Source: an uncultured Christensenella sp. (GTDB lineage: Bacteria > Bacillota > Clostridia > Christensenellales > Christensenellaceae). Taken from it: a stretch of 64,000 nt of DNA. The notes under the pieces are model-generated. The model had not been told where the DNA came from, ran no database searches, and saw only the letters and a list, made by a program, of their open reading frames with translations. This document shows, piece by piece, positions 51,107 to 59,636 of the stretch. Within the stretch, counting starts at the first letter, position 1, and each line of letters starts with the position of its first letter. Location: contig CAZBSH010000001.1 in NCBI GenBank assembly GCA_964494645.1, forward strand, positions 52,627-116,626. The letters are read 5' to 3'. The position numbers and the translations under genes are program-made.

Positions 51107-51970
51107 ATGAAAAAGATTTTGGGTTTAGTATTGGCGGTAATGATGTGCGCCGCGGTTTTTGCGGGCTGTTCCGCTCCGGCAGGAGAGCCTTCTACGCCTG
51201 CGGAAACAGCGGAGGAGTCGGCGATTCCTTCGGTAGCGGGGGATCCTGCAGCTGCCGGCAATACAGTGGATAAGATCAAGGAGGCAGGGCAATTGGTGCT
51301 TCTTACGAATGCGCAGTTCCCGCCGTATGAGTATCTTGGCGATGACAATAAGCCAGCCGGCGTGGATATTGATATTGCGCAGAAGATCGCAGATGAACTT
51401 GGCGTTGAGTTGAAGGTCGTGGATATGGACTTTGACGGCTTGGTCCCGGCGCTCAATGGCGGAAAAGGCGATTTTGTTGCGGCAGGTTTTACAATCACAG
51501 AAGAGCGTAAACAGAGTGTGGATTTTTCTGACCCGTATGCGACATCTACACAGATGGTTATCGTAACAAAGGATGGTCCGAAGGTAGCAGAGGCATCGGT
51601 AGAGGCGCTTGCAGGCAAGACAATTGGTGTGCAGCTCGGTACGACGGGTGATTTGTTCGTTTCCGACGAGATAGAAGGCGCTACGGTTAAGACATACAAG
51701 AGTGCGATCGAAGCAGGTATGGACCTTGCAAACGGAAGATTGGACGCGGTTGTTGTTGATCAATTACCGGCGCAAAGTATTGTTGCAAGCAATGACAAGC
51801 TGATGGTATATGATGAGGTTCTGACAACAGAGCAATATGCAATGGCTGTTAGAAAAGGCGATACGGCACTTCTTGAAGTGATCAATAAAGTGTTGGGGGA
51901 CATGAAGGACGGCATGACTGACTTGACGCAGAAGCATTTTGATGCATATTCGGGAACGCCTGCCGCATAA
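51107..51970 (+). CDS. Polar amino acid ABC transporter substrate-binding lipoprotein
   Basis: Lipobox FAGC, FPPYE, TEERKQSVDFSDPY and GVQLGTTG. Confidence 0.9.
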   Translation: MKKILGLVLAVMMCAAVFAGCSAPAGEPSTPAETAEESAIPSVAGDPAAAGNTVDKIKEAGQLVLLTNAQFPPYEYLGDDNKPAGVDIDIAQKIADELGVELKVVDMDFDGLVPALNGGKGDFVAAGFTITEERKQSVDFSDPYATSTQMVIVTKDGPKVAEASVEALAGKTIGVQLGTTGDLFVSDEIEGATVKTYKSAIEAGMDLANGRLDAVVVDQLPAQSIVASNDKLMVYDEVLTTEQYAMAVRKGDTALLEVINKVLGDMKDGMTDLTQKHFDAYSGTPAA

Positions 51971-51991
51971 GCAAGGGAATGGATCTATCAT

Positions 51992-52035
51992 AAAAAAGTT
52001 CGCGGAAGAAATTTGTGCCGCGAACTTTTTTTTTC
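51992..52035 (+). terminator. Intrinsic terminator
   Basis: AAAAAAGTTCGCGG...CCGCGAAC followed by a long T run. Confidence 0.8.
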
Positions 52036-52127
52036 TGTAAAGTATGGTATAATATACAATGCTTATACATTTCTGGGGGTAAAGCGTGATGGGTAACGCA
52101 AATGCGTTATTCTGTGGGGAGAACGAT

Positions 52128-52826
52128 ATGTTTGATAATCTGGGACAGCAAATTTATAATACATTGATAGCCAACGACCGGTGGACGATGTTCCTCGACG
52201 GGTTGCTGGTCACGTTGATGATTGCGGGAATCGCTGTGCTGATGGGGGTTGCGATAGGTTCTTTGGTTGCGATCGCTAAAGTTAACGCAATGCGTAACAA
52301 GCGTTTGAAGTGGCTGAATGTGATTTGCGATATTTATTTGACAGTGATCAGGGGAACGCCTGTACTCGTGCAACTGTTGATTATGTATTATCTTGTGTTT
52401 GCGGCTGCGCCAATTGAAATGGCTCCGTATGTTGCGGCGCTTGCGTTTGGTATCAACAGCGGCGCGTATGTTGCGGAAATTGTTCGGTCAGGCATTATGG
52501 CAGTGCCAAAGGGCCAGATGGAAGCGGGGCGTTCGCTCGGGCTTACAAACGGTATGACGATGCGTACGATTATTTTTCCGCAGGCGATCAAGAATATATT
52601 GCCTGCGCTTGGTAATGAATTTATCGTGTTGTTTAAAGAAACATCTATCGTTGGTTATGTTGCGGTCATGGATTTGACTCGTGCGGCGGAGCTTGTCCGT
52701 TCGAGGACGTTGGATGCATTTGTGCCTCTGATTTTTATTGCGCTTGTATATCTTGGAATCGTTATGCTGATTACATGGGTGTTACGGAAATTAGAAAAAC
52801 GTCTTGCGCTTTCAGATGCCAGATAG
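52128..52826 (+). CDS. Amino acid ABC transporter permease
   Basis: RGTPVLVQ, AYVAEIVRSGI and GQMEAGRSLG. Confidence 0.92.
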   Translation: MFDNLGQQIYNTLIANDRWTMFLDGLLVTLMIAGIAVLMGVAIGSLVAIAKVNAMRNKRLKWLNVICDIYLTVIRGTPVLVQLLIMYYLVFAAAPIEMAPYVAALAFGINSGAYVAEIVRSGIMAVPKGQMEAGRSLGLTNGMTMRTIIFPQAIKNILPALGNEFIVLFKETSIVGYVAVMDLTRAAELVRSRTLDAFVPLIFIALVYLGIVMLITWVLRKLEKRLALSDAR

Positions 52827-52835
52827 GAGCCGAAT

Positions 52836-53561
52836 ATGATTAGTGTAAAGAATCTATATAAGGAATTTAATGGGAATCCGGTACTGAGGGGAATTGATGA
52901 AAGCATTGAGCGCGGCGAAAAGGTCGTTATTGTAGGACCTTCCGGGAGTGGGAAATCTACCTTTTTGCGCTGTCTCAATATGTTGGAGGTGCCGACAAGC
53001 GGTGAAATTTGGTTCGAAGGCAAACTGTTAACGGCTAAAGCAACAAACATTGATCAGATCCGGCAAAAAATGGGAATGGTTTTTCAACAGTTTAATTTGT
53101 TCCCGCATAAGACGGTGGGGCAGAATATTATGCTTGCGCCGCTGAAGTTAGGTCTGATGACAGACGATGAGGCGCAGGAACGCGCGGAAATGTTGTTGAA
53201 AAGGATCGGTCTTGCTGATAAAATAAATTCGTATCCGGCACAGCTTTCGGGTGGGCAGCAGCAGCGTGTGGCAATTGTACGCGCGTTAGCGATGAACCCG
53301 GATGTGATGTTATTTGATGAACCGACATCTGCGCTTGATCCAGAGATGGTTGGTGAGTTACTGGACTTTATGCATACGCTGGCTGATGAAGGGATGACGA
53401 TGGTTGTCGTAACGCATGAGATGGGTTTTGCAAAAGAGGTTGCGACGCGTTGTCTGTTTATGGACGAAGGTAAGATTTTAGAACAGGCGCCACCGCAGGA
53501 ATTTTTTGGGAATCCACAAAATCTAAGACTGCAAGATTTTCTTTCCAAGGTGTTGATTTGA
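52836..53561 (+). CDS. Amino acid ABC transporter ATPase (GlnQ family)
   Basis: [17 protein letters not shown] and [10 protein letters not shown]. Confidence 0.93.
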   Translation: MISVKNLYKEFNGNPVLRGIDESIERGEKVVIVGPSGSGKSTFLRCLNMLEVPTSGEIWFEGKLLTAKATNIDQIRQKMGMVFQQFNLFPHKTVGQNIMLAPLKLGLMTDDEAQERAEMLLKRIGLADKINSYPAQLSGGQQQRVAIVRALAMNPDVMLFDEPTSALDPEMVGELLDFMHTLADEGMTMVVVTHEMGFAKEVATRCLFMDEGKILEQAPPQEFFGNPQNLRLQDFLSKVLI

Positions 53562-53657
53562 TCCAAGAAGAAGTATACGTTGTCATTCATAAGAAAAACG
53601 TTAAAAAACATCTGGAAAAGCAAGAAATAAGCGGATTTGTGAGGTGAATGAAAACGT

Positions 53658-55070
53658 ATGCTTTTTAGTTCAATGATCTTTTTATGGGCATTTTTGCCTA
53701 TTGTATTCATTGTATACCGTCTGATTAAGAATAATACGGCGCGTAATTATTTATTGTTGATCGCAAGCTTGTTTTTTTATGCATGGGGAGAACCTAAGTA
53801 TATTATCCTTATGCTTGTTTCGATAACCATCAACTTTGTATTCGGTCTCCTTATTAATAGGACGGAAAGGTTGCTCTGGCGAAGACTGGCGTTGTTTGCA
53901 TGCATTGTTATCAATCTATTATTATTAGGATATTTTAAATACTTCAATTTCTTTACTGAAATTTTTGGTGCGCTTGCAGGGGTAGAGGCAATTAGCTTTT
54001 CGCAAATTATTTTGCCTATTGGAATATCGTTCTATACGTTCCAGGCACTTTCTTATGTCATTGACTTGTACCGCAAGAAAATAAAAGTGCAGCGTAATTA
54101 TGCCAAGCTGGCGCTGTATATTTCGTTTTTCCCGCAGTTGATTGCAGGTCCGATCGTCCGCTACGAGGATATTGAACAGCAGATGGATGTGCGTGTGTTG
54201 ACACCGCAAAAGACGGCATACGGTATCAAACGATTTGTTTATGGATTATCAAAAAAAGTACTGATCGCGAATGCAATGGCTCTTATTGTAGATAAGATCT
54301 ACGCAGTGAACGTGGGTGATTTATCGACGGGAATCGCATGGGTCGCTGCGATCTGCTATACACTGCAAATCTATTTTGATTTTTCAGGTTATTCGGATAT
54401 GGCGATCGGTCTGGGAAAAATGTTTGGGTTTGATTTTATTGAGAACTTTAATTATCCGTATATCTCGACATCAATTAAGGACTTTTGGCGAAGATGGCAT
54501 ATCTCCTTATCAACGTGGTTTAAGGAATATTTATATATCCCGTTGGGGGGAAACAGAAAAGGCGCTATGAGGACATACCTCAACTTGTTCATTGTTTTTC
54601 TGGCGACAGGTCTGTGGCACGGCGCTAGCTGGAACTTTGTGTTTTGGGGGATATACAATGGCTTCTTCTTAATCATAGAACGCTTGTTTCTGGGGAAATT
54701 GCTGGATAAATGTAAATTCAAGTTTGTAAATGTTATTTATTCCTTGCTTGTGGTTGTCGTTGGATGGGTATTCTTCAGAGTCGAAAGTATGTCGGGGGCT
54801 TTGAGTGTCGTGCAAACGTTATTTGTGCCGACGGCGGGCAGCGCGGCGCTCAATATATGGCAATTCATAGATTTGAAAGCGATTTGGCTTATCTGTGCAG
54901 GAATCCTTTTCTGCGGGGTAATACAGAAAAATCGAAAGCTACAGCATTCGCTTTATAATGAGCAGAAAACGTATGGGTTCGAGATTTTTATTCTTGCGGG
55001 ATTGTTCTTCCTGTGTATTTTGGCTTTGATTAGCGGAACATATAATCCGTTTATCTATTTTAGATTCTAA
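53658..55070 (+). CDS. MBOAT O-acyltransferase (AlgI/PatA-like)
   Basis: LPIGISFYTFQ, FFPQLIAGPI, DFSGYSDMAIG, FWRRWHISL and GLWHG. Confidence 0.92.
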   Translation: MLFSSMIFLWAFLPIVFIVYRLIKNNTARNYLLLIASLFFYAWGEPKYIILMLVSITINFVFGLLINRTERLLWRRLALFACIVINLLLLGYFKYFNFFTEIFGALAGVEAISFSQIILPIGISFYTFQALSYVIDLYRKKIKVQRNYAKLALYISFFPQLIAGPIVRYEDIEQQMDVRVLTPQKTAYGIKRFVYGLSKKVLIANAMALIVDKIYAVNVGDLSTGIAWVAAICYTLQIYFDFSGYSDMAIGLGKMFGFDFIENFNYPYISTSIKDFWRRWHISLSTWFKEYLYIPLGGNRKGAMRTYLNLFIVFLATGLWHGASWNFVFWGIYNGFFLIIERLFLGKLLDKCKFKFVNVIYSLLVVVVGWVFFRVESMSGALSVVQTLFVPTAGSAALNIWQFIDLKAIWLICAGILFCGVIQKNRKLQHSLYNEQKTYGFEIFILAGLFFLCILALISGTYNPFIYFRF

Positions 55071-55085
55071 GGCTGAGGTTGATAT

Positions 55086-56195
55086 ATGAAGCAAAAAGTA
55101 TTGATTGTTATTTTTTTACTGATGACAGCTGTTCCGGCACTGCTGTTTTTGTTTACGTTTCAAAGCGCGACTCTGAATGAAAATGAAAAGAGGGAGATTG
55201 CGCCTTTTCCTGTTTTTTCTATGGAAACACTGGATTCGTATCCGGGGAAATTTGAGGAGTATTTCAATGACAGACTGCCACTTCGTAAGGAACTAATCAA
55301 TATGAATGCAGCAATCAATTATGAGGTATTTCAGACGATTTCCTCTGAAAAAGTGAGCGCGGGAAAAGATGGATGGCTTTATTATAACGCGGACGACGGA
55401 AAAAAACCTCTGGAAAGCTATGCAAATGGGAGCGAGTTTACGGAACAAGAGTTGCAGACAATTGCCGGAAACTTGATGAAGATGAAAGAGATATGCGAGC
55501 AACAGGGGGTGCCGTTTACTTTTATGATGATTCCAAATAAGGAAGAGGTGTATAGCCAATATATCCCCGATGAGTATCAAAAAATAAGCGATAAAAGGCA
55601 ATATGATCAATTGCTGACCTATCTAAAAGAAAATACGGATATCCATATCGTCGATGCGGAACAGGATATTGTTGCATATAAGGAGCGCTATCAGCTTTAT
55701 AATAAGCTTGATACACATTGGAATGAATTGGGTGCATTTGTTGGCGCACAGGTGCTTTTAAAAGAAATGGACGGACATGACGCGGTTGACTTAGCAGACT
55801 ATACGATTTCTTCACTAGGGAAGAGAAGCGGTGATCTCGCAGGTATGGCGGGGCTGGAAAATATACTGAAAGATGATGATATCTATAATGTCGATGGATA
55901 TTTGGATGGGATCATACCGGAAGTCGCGGACGGTGATGGACAGGCGCGTACCTATATGGTTTCTAATAACGAAAACGGCGGATCGCTATTGATGTACGAA
56001 GATTCCTTTGGTACATGGTTGCTTGCGCCGTTATCCAAAAACTTTGAGAAGAGCTGCTTTATTTGGAATAATATGATGGAGAACCCGCAGGACTATCCGT
56101 TGACAGAGGATATTGCGGAAACGGGTGCGACGGAAGTTGTGCTTGAAAAGGTCGAGCGTTTTTTGCCGCAATTACTGGATATGAATATATATTGA
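55086..56195 (+). CDS. AlgJ/AlgX (PatB-like) SGNH O-acetyltransferase
   Basis: N-terminal TM, GKDGWLY, IPNK, DTHWN and DSF. Confidence 0.82.
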   Translation: MKQKVLIVIFLLMTAVPALLFLFTFQSATLNENEKREIAPFPVFSMETLDSYPGKFEEYFNDRLPLRKELINMNAAINYEVFQTISSEKVSAGKDGWLYYNADDGKKPLESYANGSEFTEQELQTIAGNLMKMKEICEQQGVPFTFMMIPNKEEVYSQYIPDEYQKISDKRQYDQLLTYLKENTDIHIVDAEQDIVAYKERYQLYNKLDTHWNELGAFVGAQVLLKEMDGHDAVDLADYTISSLGKRSGDLAGMAGLENILKDDDIYNVDGYLDGIIPEVADGDGQARTYMVSNNENGGSLLMYEDSFGTWLLAPLSKNFEKSCFIWNNMMENPQDYPLTEDIAETGATEVVLEKVERFLPQLLDMNIY

Positions 56196-56329
56196 TGGAG
56201 GGATATGAGGGGTTGATTTTTGTTGTAGACAAAGCAAGTATATTTTTATTATAATAGGAATGTCGGATATCTGTAAAAAAGTATAATATTCAGCAAATAT
56301 GTGGCATTGAATGATGAATCAGATATTGC

Positions 56330-56405
56330 GCACTCGTAGCTCAGCGGATAGAGCACTGGCCTCCGACGCCAGGTGTCGGACGTTCAAATCGTCTCGGGTG
56401 CACCA
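56330..56405 (+). tRNA. tRNA-Arg(CCG)
   Basis: Acceptor stem GCACTCG/CGGGTGC, anticodon arm CTGGC-ctCCGac-GCCAG, T-loop GTTCAAATC and encoded CCA. Confidence 0.96.
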
Positions 56406-56434
56406 AAAACTCTCGCAGTGATCGAGAGTTTTTT
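56406..56434 (+). terminator. Terminator after the tRNA
   Basis: AAAACTCTCG...CGAGAGTTTTT. Confidence 0.75.
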
Positions 56435-56619
56435 ATTATGGTTTTCAGATAAAAATACGCCGGGACGAGGAGAAACTGACCATTGACTGTGGCATGGGAC
56501 GTGGAGATTGCGGGGGCGTTATGGTCGGACGAAGTGGAATATGAGAGGCGTGGAAATACCAAAATGATCCTACCATAACATGGCAACCGCGCGGGAGTCT
56601 TCCGGTCTTCGCCGTGGGC

Positions 56620-56651
56620 TGTCGGACATTCAAATTATCTCAAGTGCGCAA
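56620..56651 (+). repeat. Degenerate copy of the tRNA-Arg 3' end (att-like scar)
   Basis: TGTCGGACATTCAAATTATCTCAAGTGCGCAA matches tRNA 56374-56405 at 25 of 32 positions. Confidence 0.7.
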
Positions 56652-56712
56652 AAAAACCAAGGATAAGGTTGGCTTTTTTGTGGTATAACGATTGGGAAAA
56701 TATGCGGAAGGG

Positions 56713-57522
56713 TTAAAAAAGATAAGATAATCCACTTGCCCTTGACAGGAGCTGGCGCTTGATCTTGGTATATTTTTTCTGGGGAATGGGGAGGATTACA
56801 CCATTATATAGATGCACGGAGAAGCGCTTGATCCCGATTATATAATCCGGGTTCACGATATACGACCGGTGAATGCGGATAAAGTGTTCAGAAAGCTTTT
56901 CTGTATACATGAACATCTTGTGTGGGACAGTAATGGCGCTGTGCAACGTATGAATGACAGATTGCACATGGTCGGCAGCGATATATATGATTTCGCTCTC
57001 CGCAATATAATGCCAATGATGGTGGGAGTCCCTGACCGCCAGTTTTTTTACATTGCCATCCCGGGCAATTCTTTTTTGCAGATACAAAAAGGCCTCGCGC
57101 CCTGCGCGATAGGGAAAAGTCTCTTCCTCCCCCGCGCCATCCCAATCATTGGAAACATGCATGTGGACGACTATAGGCTGTCCTTCGCGCAATGTGAAAA
57201 CAAAAGTCGTGCGCTGAATTACGCTCAAAACCAATTCGGAATCTTCCGCAGTGTAGAAATTGAACCGACCGGCAGTCACACAGGTAGTATCGTTTGCCCA
57301 TACCACATCAAAAGATGCGCCGGCGATCTCGCAAACAATATCCTGTTCCTTTTCCAAGACACGCCTCACATCTTTTTTTCCGTAAATATACTCATTGTGA
57401 GTCGGACCGATCCACATCACGTCATCCGCCATCCAATCCATTACAATATCTAACCTTCGCGCATAGTGGTCTTCCATAATTTTTCGCGTCCATTCTGCTG
57501 CGTTGTCCCACCAGTTTTTCAT
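56713..57522 (-). CDS. LytTR DNA-binding protein with N-terminal SnoaL/NTF2-like domain
   Basis: N-terminal DDVMWIG..QRTTFVF..VHMHVS and C-terminal IIYI..FIRIHRSYIVN. Confidence 0.85.
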   Translation of the reverse strand: MKNWWDNAAEWTRKIMEDHYARRLDIVMDWMADDVMWIGPTHNEYIYGKKDVRRVLEKEQDIVCEIAGASFDVVWANDTTCVTAGRFNFYTAEDSELVLSVIQRTTFVFTLREGQPIVVHMHVSNDWDGAGEEETFPYRAGREAFLYLQKRIARDGNVKKLAVRDSHHHWHYIAESEIIYIAADHVQSVIHTLHSAITVPHKMFMYTEKLSEHFIRIHRSYIVNPDYIIGIKRFSVHLYNGVILPIPQKKYTKIKRQLLSRASGLSYLF

Positions 57523-57904
57523 CTGATCCTTCCTTTCTCCTGCTCAATGAAACGAAGTTATATTTTATCATGATTACAGGCGTATAGGATTAAAAAACAA
57601 CCAAATGAAGGCATTAAAATTCGTAAAAAAGAGTTATTCGGATTCTGTGGAGCGTTAACGGGAAAAAACCATTGAAATTAGGTTTGCGTGACCTATATAA
57701 TATACTTAAAAGGTAATGTTTCAATAAAAAAGCTTACAGGAGATGCCTATAACATCAACTTTCATTGACGCGTTAATTTAAAATCGAGACATCACAAATA
57801 AGCATAGAAGCGCTCATTTGATCTATGCTGTATTTTTTGATGCCCAAAATAGAAACAAATGTTAGAAATACGGTACAAAAAAAACAAAAATCAATCGTTT
57901 TATG

Positions 57905-57931
57905 AAACAAAAAAGCCTCGGGTTTCGAGGC
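57905..57931 (-). terminator. Intrinsic terminator just outside the left core site
   Basis: Minus strand reads GCCTCG-AAACC-CGAGGC-TTTTTTGTTT. Confidence 0.75.
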
Positions 57932-58002
57932 GTACGGCTCGTAAAACAATTCGTTTTACGATAAGGCGGTCAAGGGCACTAAAAGGCTGTTTTCTTTCAT
58001 TA

Positions 58003-58031
58003 AGGTTAACAAACAATTCCTGACTTGTCAA
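58003..58031 (-). promoter_or_regulatory. Outward-facing sigma-A promoter inside the invertible segment
   Basis: Minus strand reads TTGACA-N17-TAACCT with an extended -10 TGt. Confidence 0.7.
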
Positions 58032-58193
58032 CACTGATATAGGATTCTGAAACCATTTTTAAGGAAAGCATATGTCGATTTGGTGTGAATTATCGGTAAA
58101 TTTCATGTAATTACCAAAAAAATTTTGCGTGCGAACCGATAAGCCGTCAACTGAGCCGTCAGCAACAATCTGAGAAAGCGAGAGGATATTGCA

Positions 58194-59306
58194 ATGGCAA
58201 AAAAGGGAGAAAACATCTATCACAGGAAAGATGGAAGATGGGAAGGGCGATACATCAAAGGGCGCAAAAAGAACGGAAAACCGAATTTTGGTTATGTTTA
58301 CGGGCAAAAATATATAGAAGTAAAACGGAATTTGACCATATTAAAAGCGGAAGCGGCAAAAAATTCGCATTCGCTGTTGGTCTACCAAAATGGGACGCTG
58401 GAGGCGTGGGCAGACTATTGGTTGGAGGTTTTGACGCGTCCTTATATTGACATATCATCATACAGAATCTATAAAAGCCAGGCGGATAAACACATTATTC
58501 CGCGGATTGGAGGGATACAGCTTTGCAGGATCACAGAGGACGTGCTGCAAGGGTTTATCAATTCGATCAAGAAAGAACTTGCGCCCAGCATGGTACACAA
58601 TGTTTTTCGGCTGTTGAAATCTATTTTGACAGCGGCAAAAGAGCAAAAATTGATACAGGAAATTTTGTTTAGGAAGATTAAGAAACCACAAAACAAGATC
58701 AAAAATCCACGCGTTCTTGCGTGCTCTGAACAAGCTCGGCTGGAAAAGCATATAGAAGAAACGGGCGAGCTGGAATATCTTGTGAGCCTATATAGCGGGC
58801 TGCGGCTGGGAGAAATCTGCGCGCTTCGGTGGCAGGATGTGGATTTTGAGGAAAATATGATCTATGTAAGCCATACATTGAAAAGGGTCCCCTGCGCAGG
58901 CGGCACACGGAAAACGACTGTTATGCTGGATGCGCCCAAAACAGAAAATTCGCAACGGGAGATGCCTGTGAACGTATTTTTAATGCGGAAACTTCGCGCA
59001 AAAAAGGCACAGAGCAATGCCGCTCCGACAGATTTTGTTTTTGAGGGTAAAAACGGAGGCTACATAGACCCGCGCACTATGCAGGAACGATTTGCCCGAA
59101 CGGTAAAAGGGCTGAAGATACGCGACGCGCACTTTCATACACTGCGGCACACATTTGCGACGCGATGCCTCGAAAAACGGATCGGGATTGAAACGCTGAG
59201 CGAGTTGCTGGGGCACAGCACGCCGCAGATCACCGTCAAATATTACGCGCATTGTACGCGCGAGAACAAGATCAATTCGATCAGGCGGCTTGAACAGATT
59301 GCCTGA
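58194..59306 (+). CDS. Tyrosine recombinase/integrase
   Basis: N-terminal arm-binding-like GENIYHRKDGRWEGRY domain. Catalytic residues are intact: GLRLGE (R), PKT (K), HTLRH, LGH and YYAH (Y). Confidence 0.93.
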   Translation: MAKKGENIYHRKDGRWEGRYIKGRKKNGKPNFGYVYGQKYIEVKRNLTILKAEAAKNSHSLLVYQNGTLEAWADYWLEVLTRPYIDISSYRIYKSQADKHIIPRIGGIQLCRITEDVLQGFINSIKKELAPSMVHNVFRLLKSILTAAKEQKLIQEILFRKIKKPQNKIKNPRVLACSEQARLEKHIEETGELEYLVSLYSGLRLGEICALRWQDVDFEENMIYVSHTLKRVPCAGGTRKTTVMLDAPKTENSQREMPVNVFLMRKLRAKKAQSNAAPTDFVFEGKNGGYIDPRTMQERFARTVKGLKIRDAHFHTLRHTFATRCLEKRIGIETLSELLGHSTPQITVKYYAHCTRENKINSIRRLEQIA

Positions 59307-59404
59307 TGACGGATATAAGCCGTCATAAATCGTCAGGCAAGCACCTTGAAAACAGCATAAAAACGCAAAAATAGGGATCATACATAAAACGAATTGTTTT
59401 ACGA

Positions 59405-59590
59405 CATGCTCTTTGAGATCGAAGATCAAGAGAGTGGCGACCATTTATGCGTGCTCATACGCAAGCCGGCAATCGGAGCGGCAAAATGAGCATATCATCG
59501 TAACACGTTTCGAGGCGTAGGATGATATGCAAGCATCGTTGCATTCCGTTGCTGCCAGTACCAAAAGGATATCATAAAAAGGTGGTCATA
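59405..59590 (+). ncRNA. Candidate structured 5' leader RNA (unclassified)
   Basis: Several nested stems, including a perfect 10-bp GCATATCATC/GATGATATGC pair. Confidence 0.4.
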
Positions 59591-59636
59591 GGCATTAAAT
59601 TTATAAGCAATCGAAGTTTTAATGTGGGGTTATTGT

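Larger units (their letters stand above)
57939..59404. mobile_element. Putative invertible DNA segment carrying its own tyrosine recombinase
   Basis: Perfect 20-bp inverted repeats at 57939-57958 and 59385-59404. Each is part of a 9-5-9 palindromic core, and the spacers AATTC and GAATT are in opposite orientation. Confidence 0.75.

Noticed and set aside
56330-59306. Prophage or ICE integrated at tRNA-Arg using the 58194 integrase
   Set aside because: There are no phage, excisionase or conjugation genes in the window. The recombinase is bracketed by its own inverted core sites, which are unrelated to the tRNA sequence.
59439-59560. Leader as a c-di-GMP-I riboswitch (ACGCAAGCC...GCTGCCAG resemblance)
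   Set aside because: The required GGCAAA-stem-GNRA P2 element is not in the expected order. The leader is left unclassified pending an Rfam scan.
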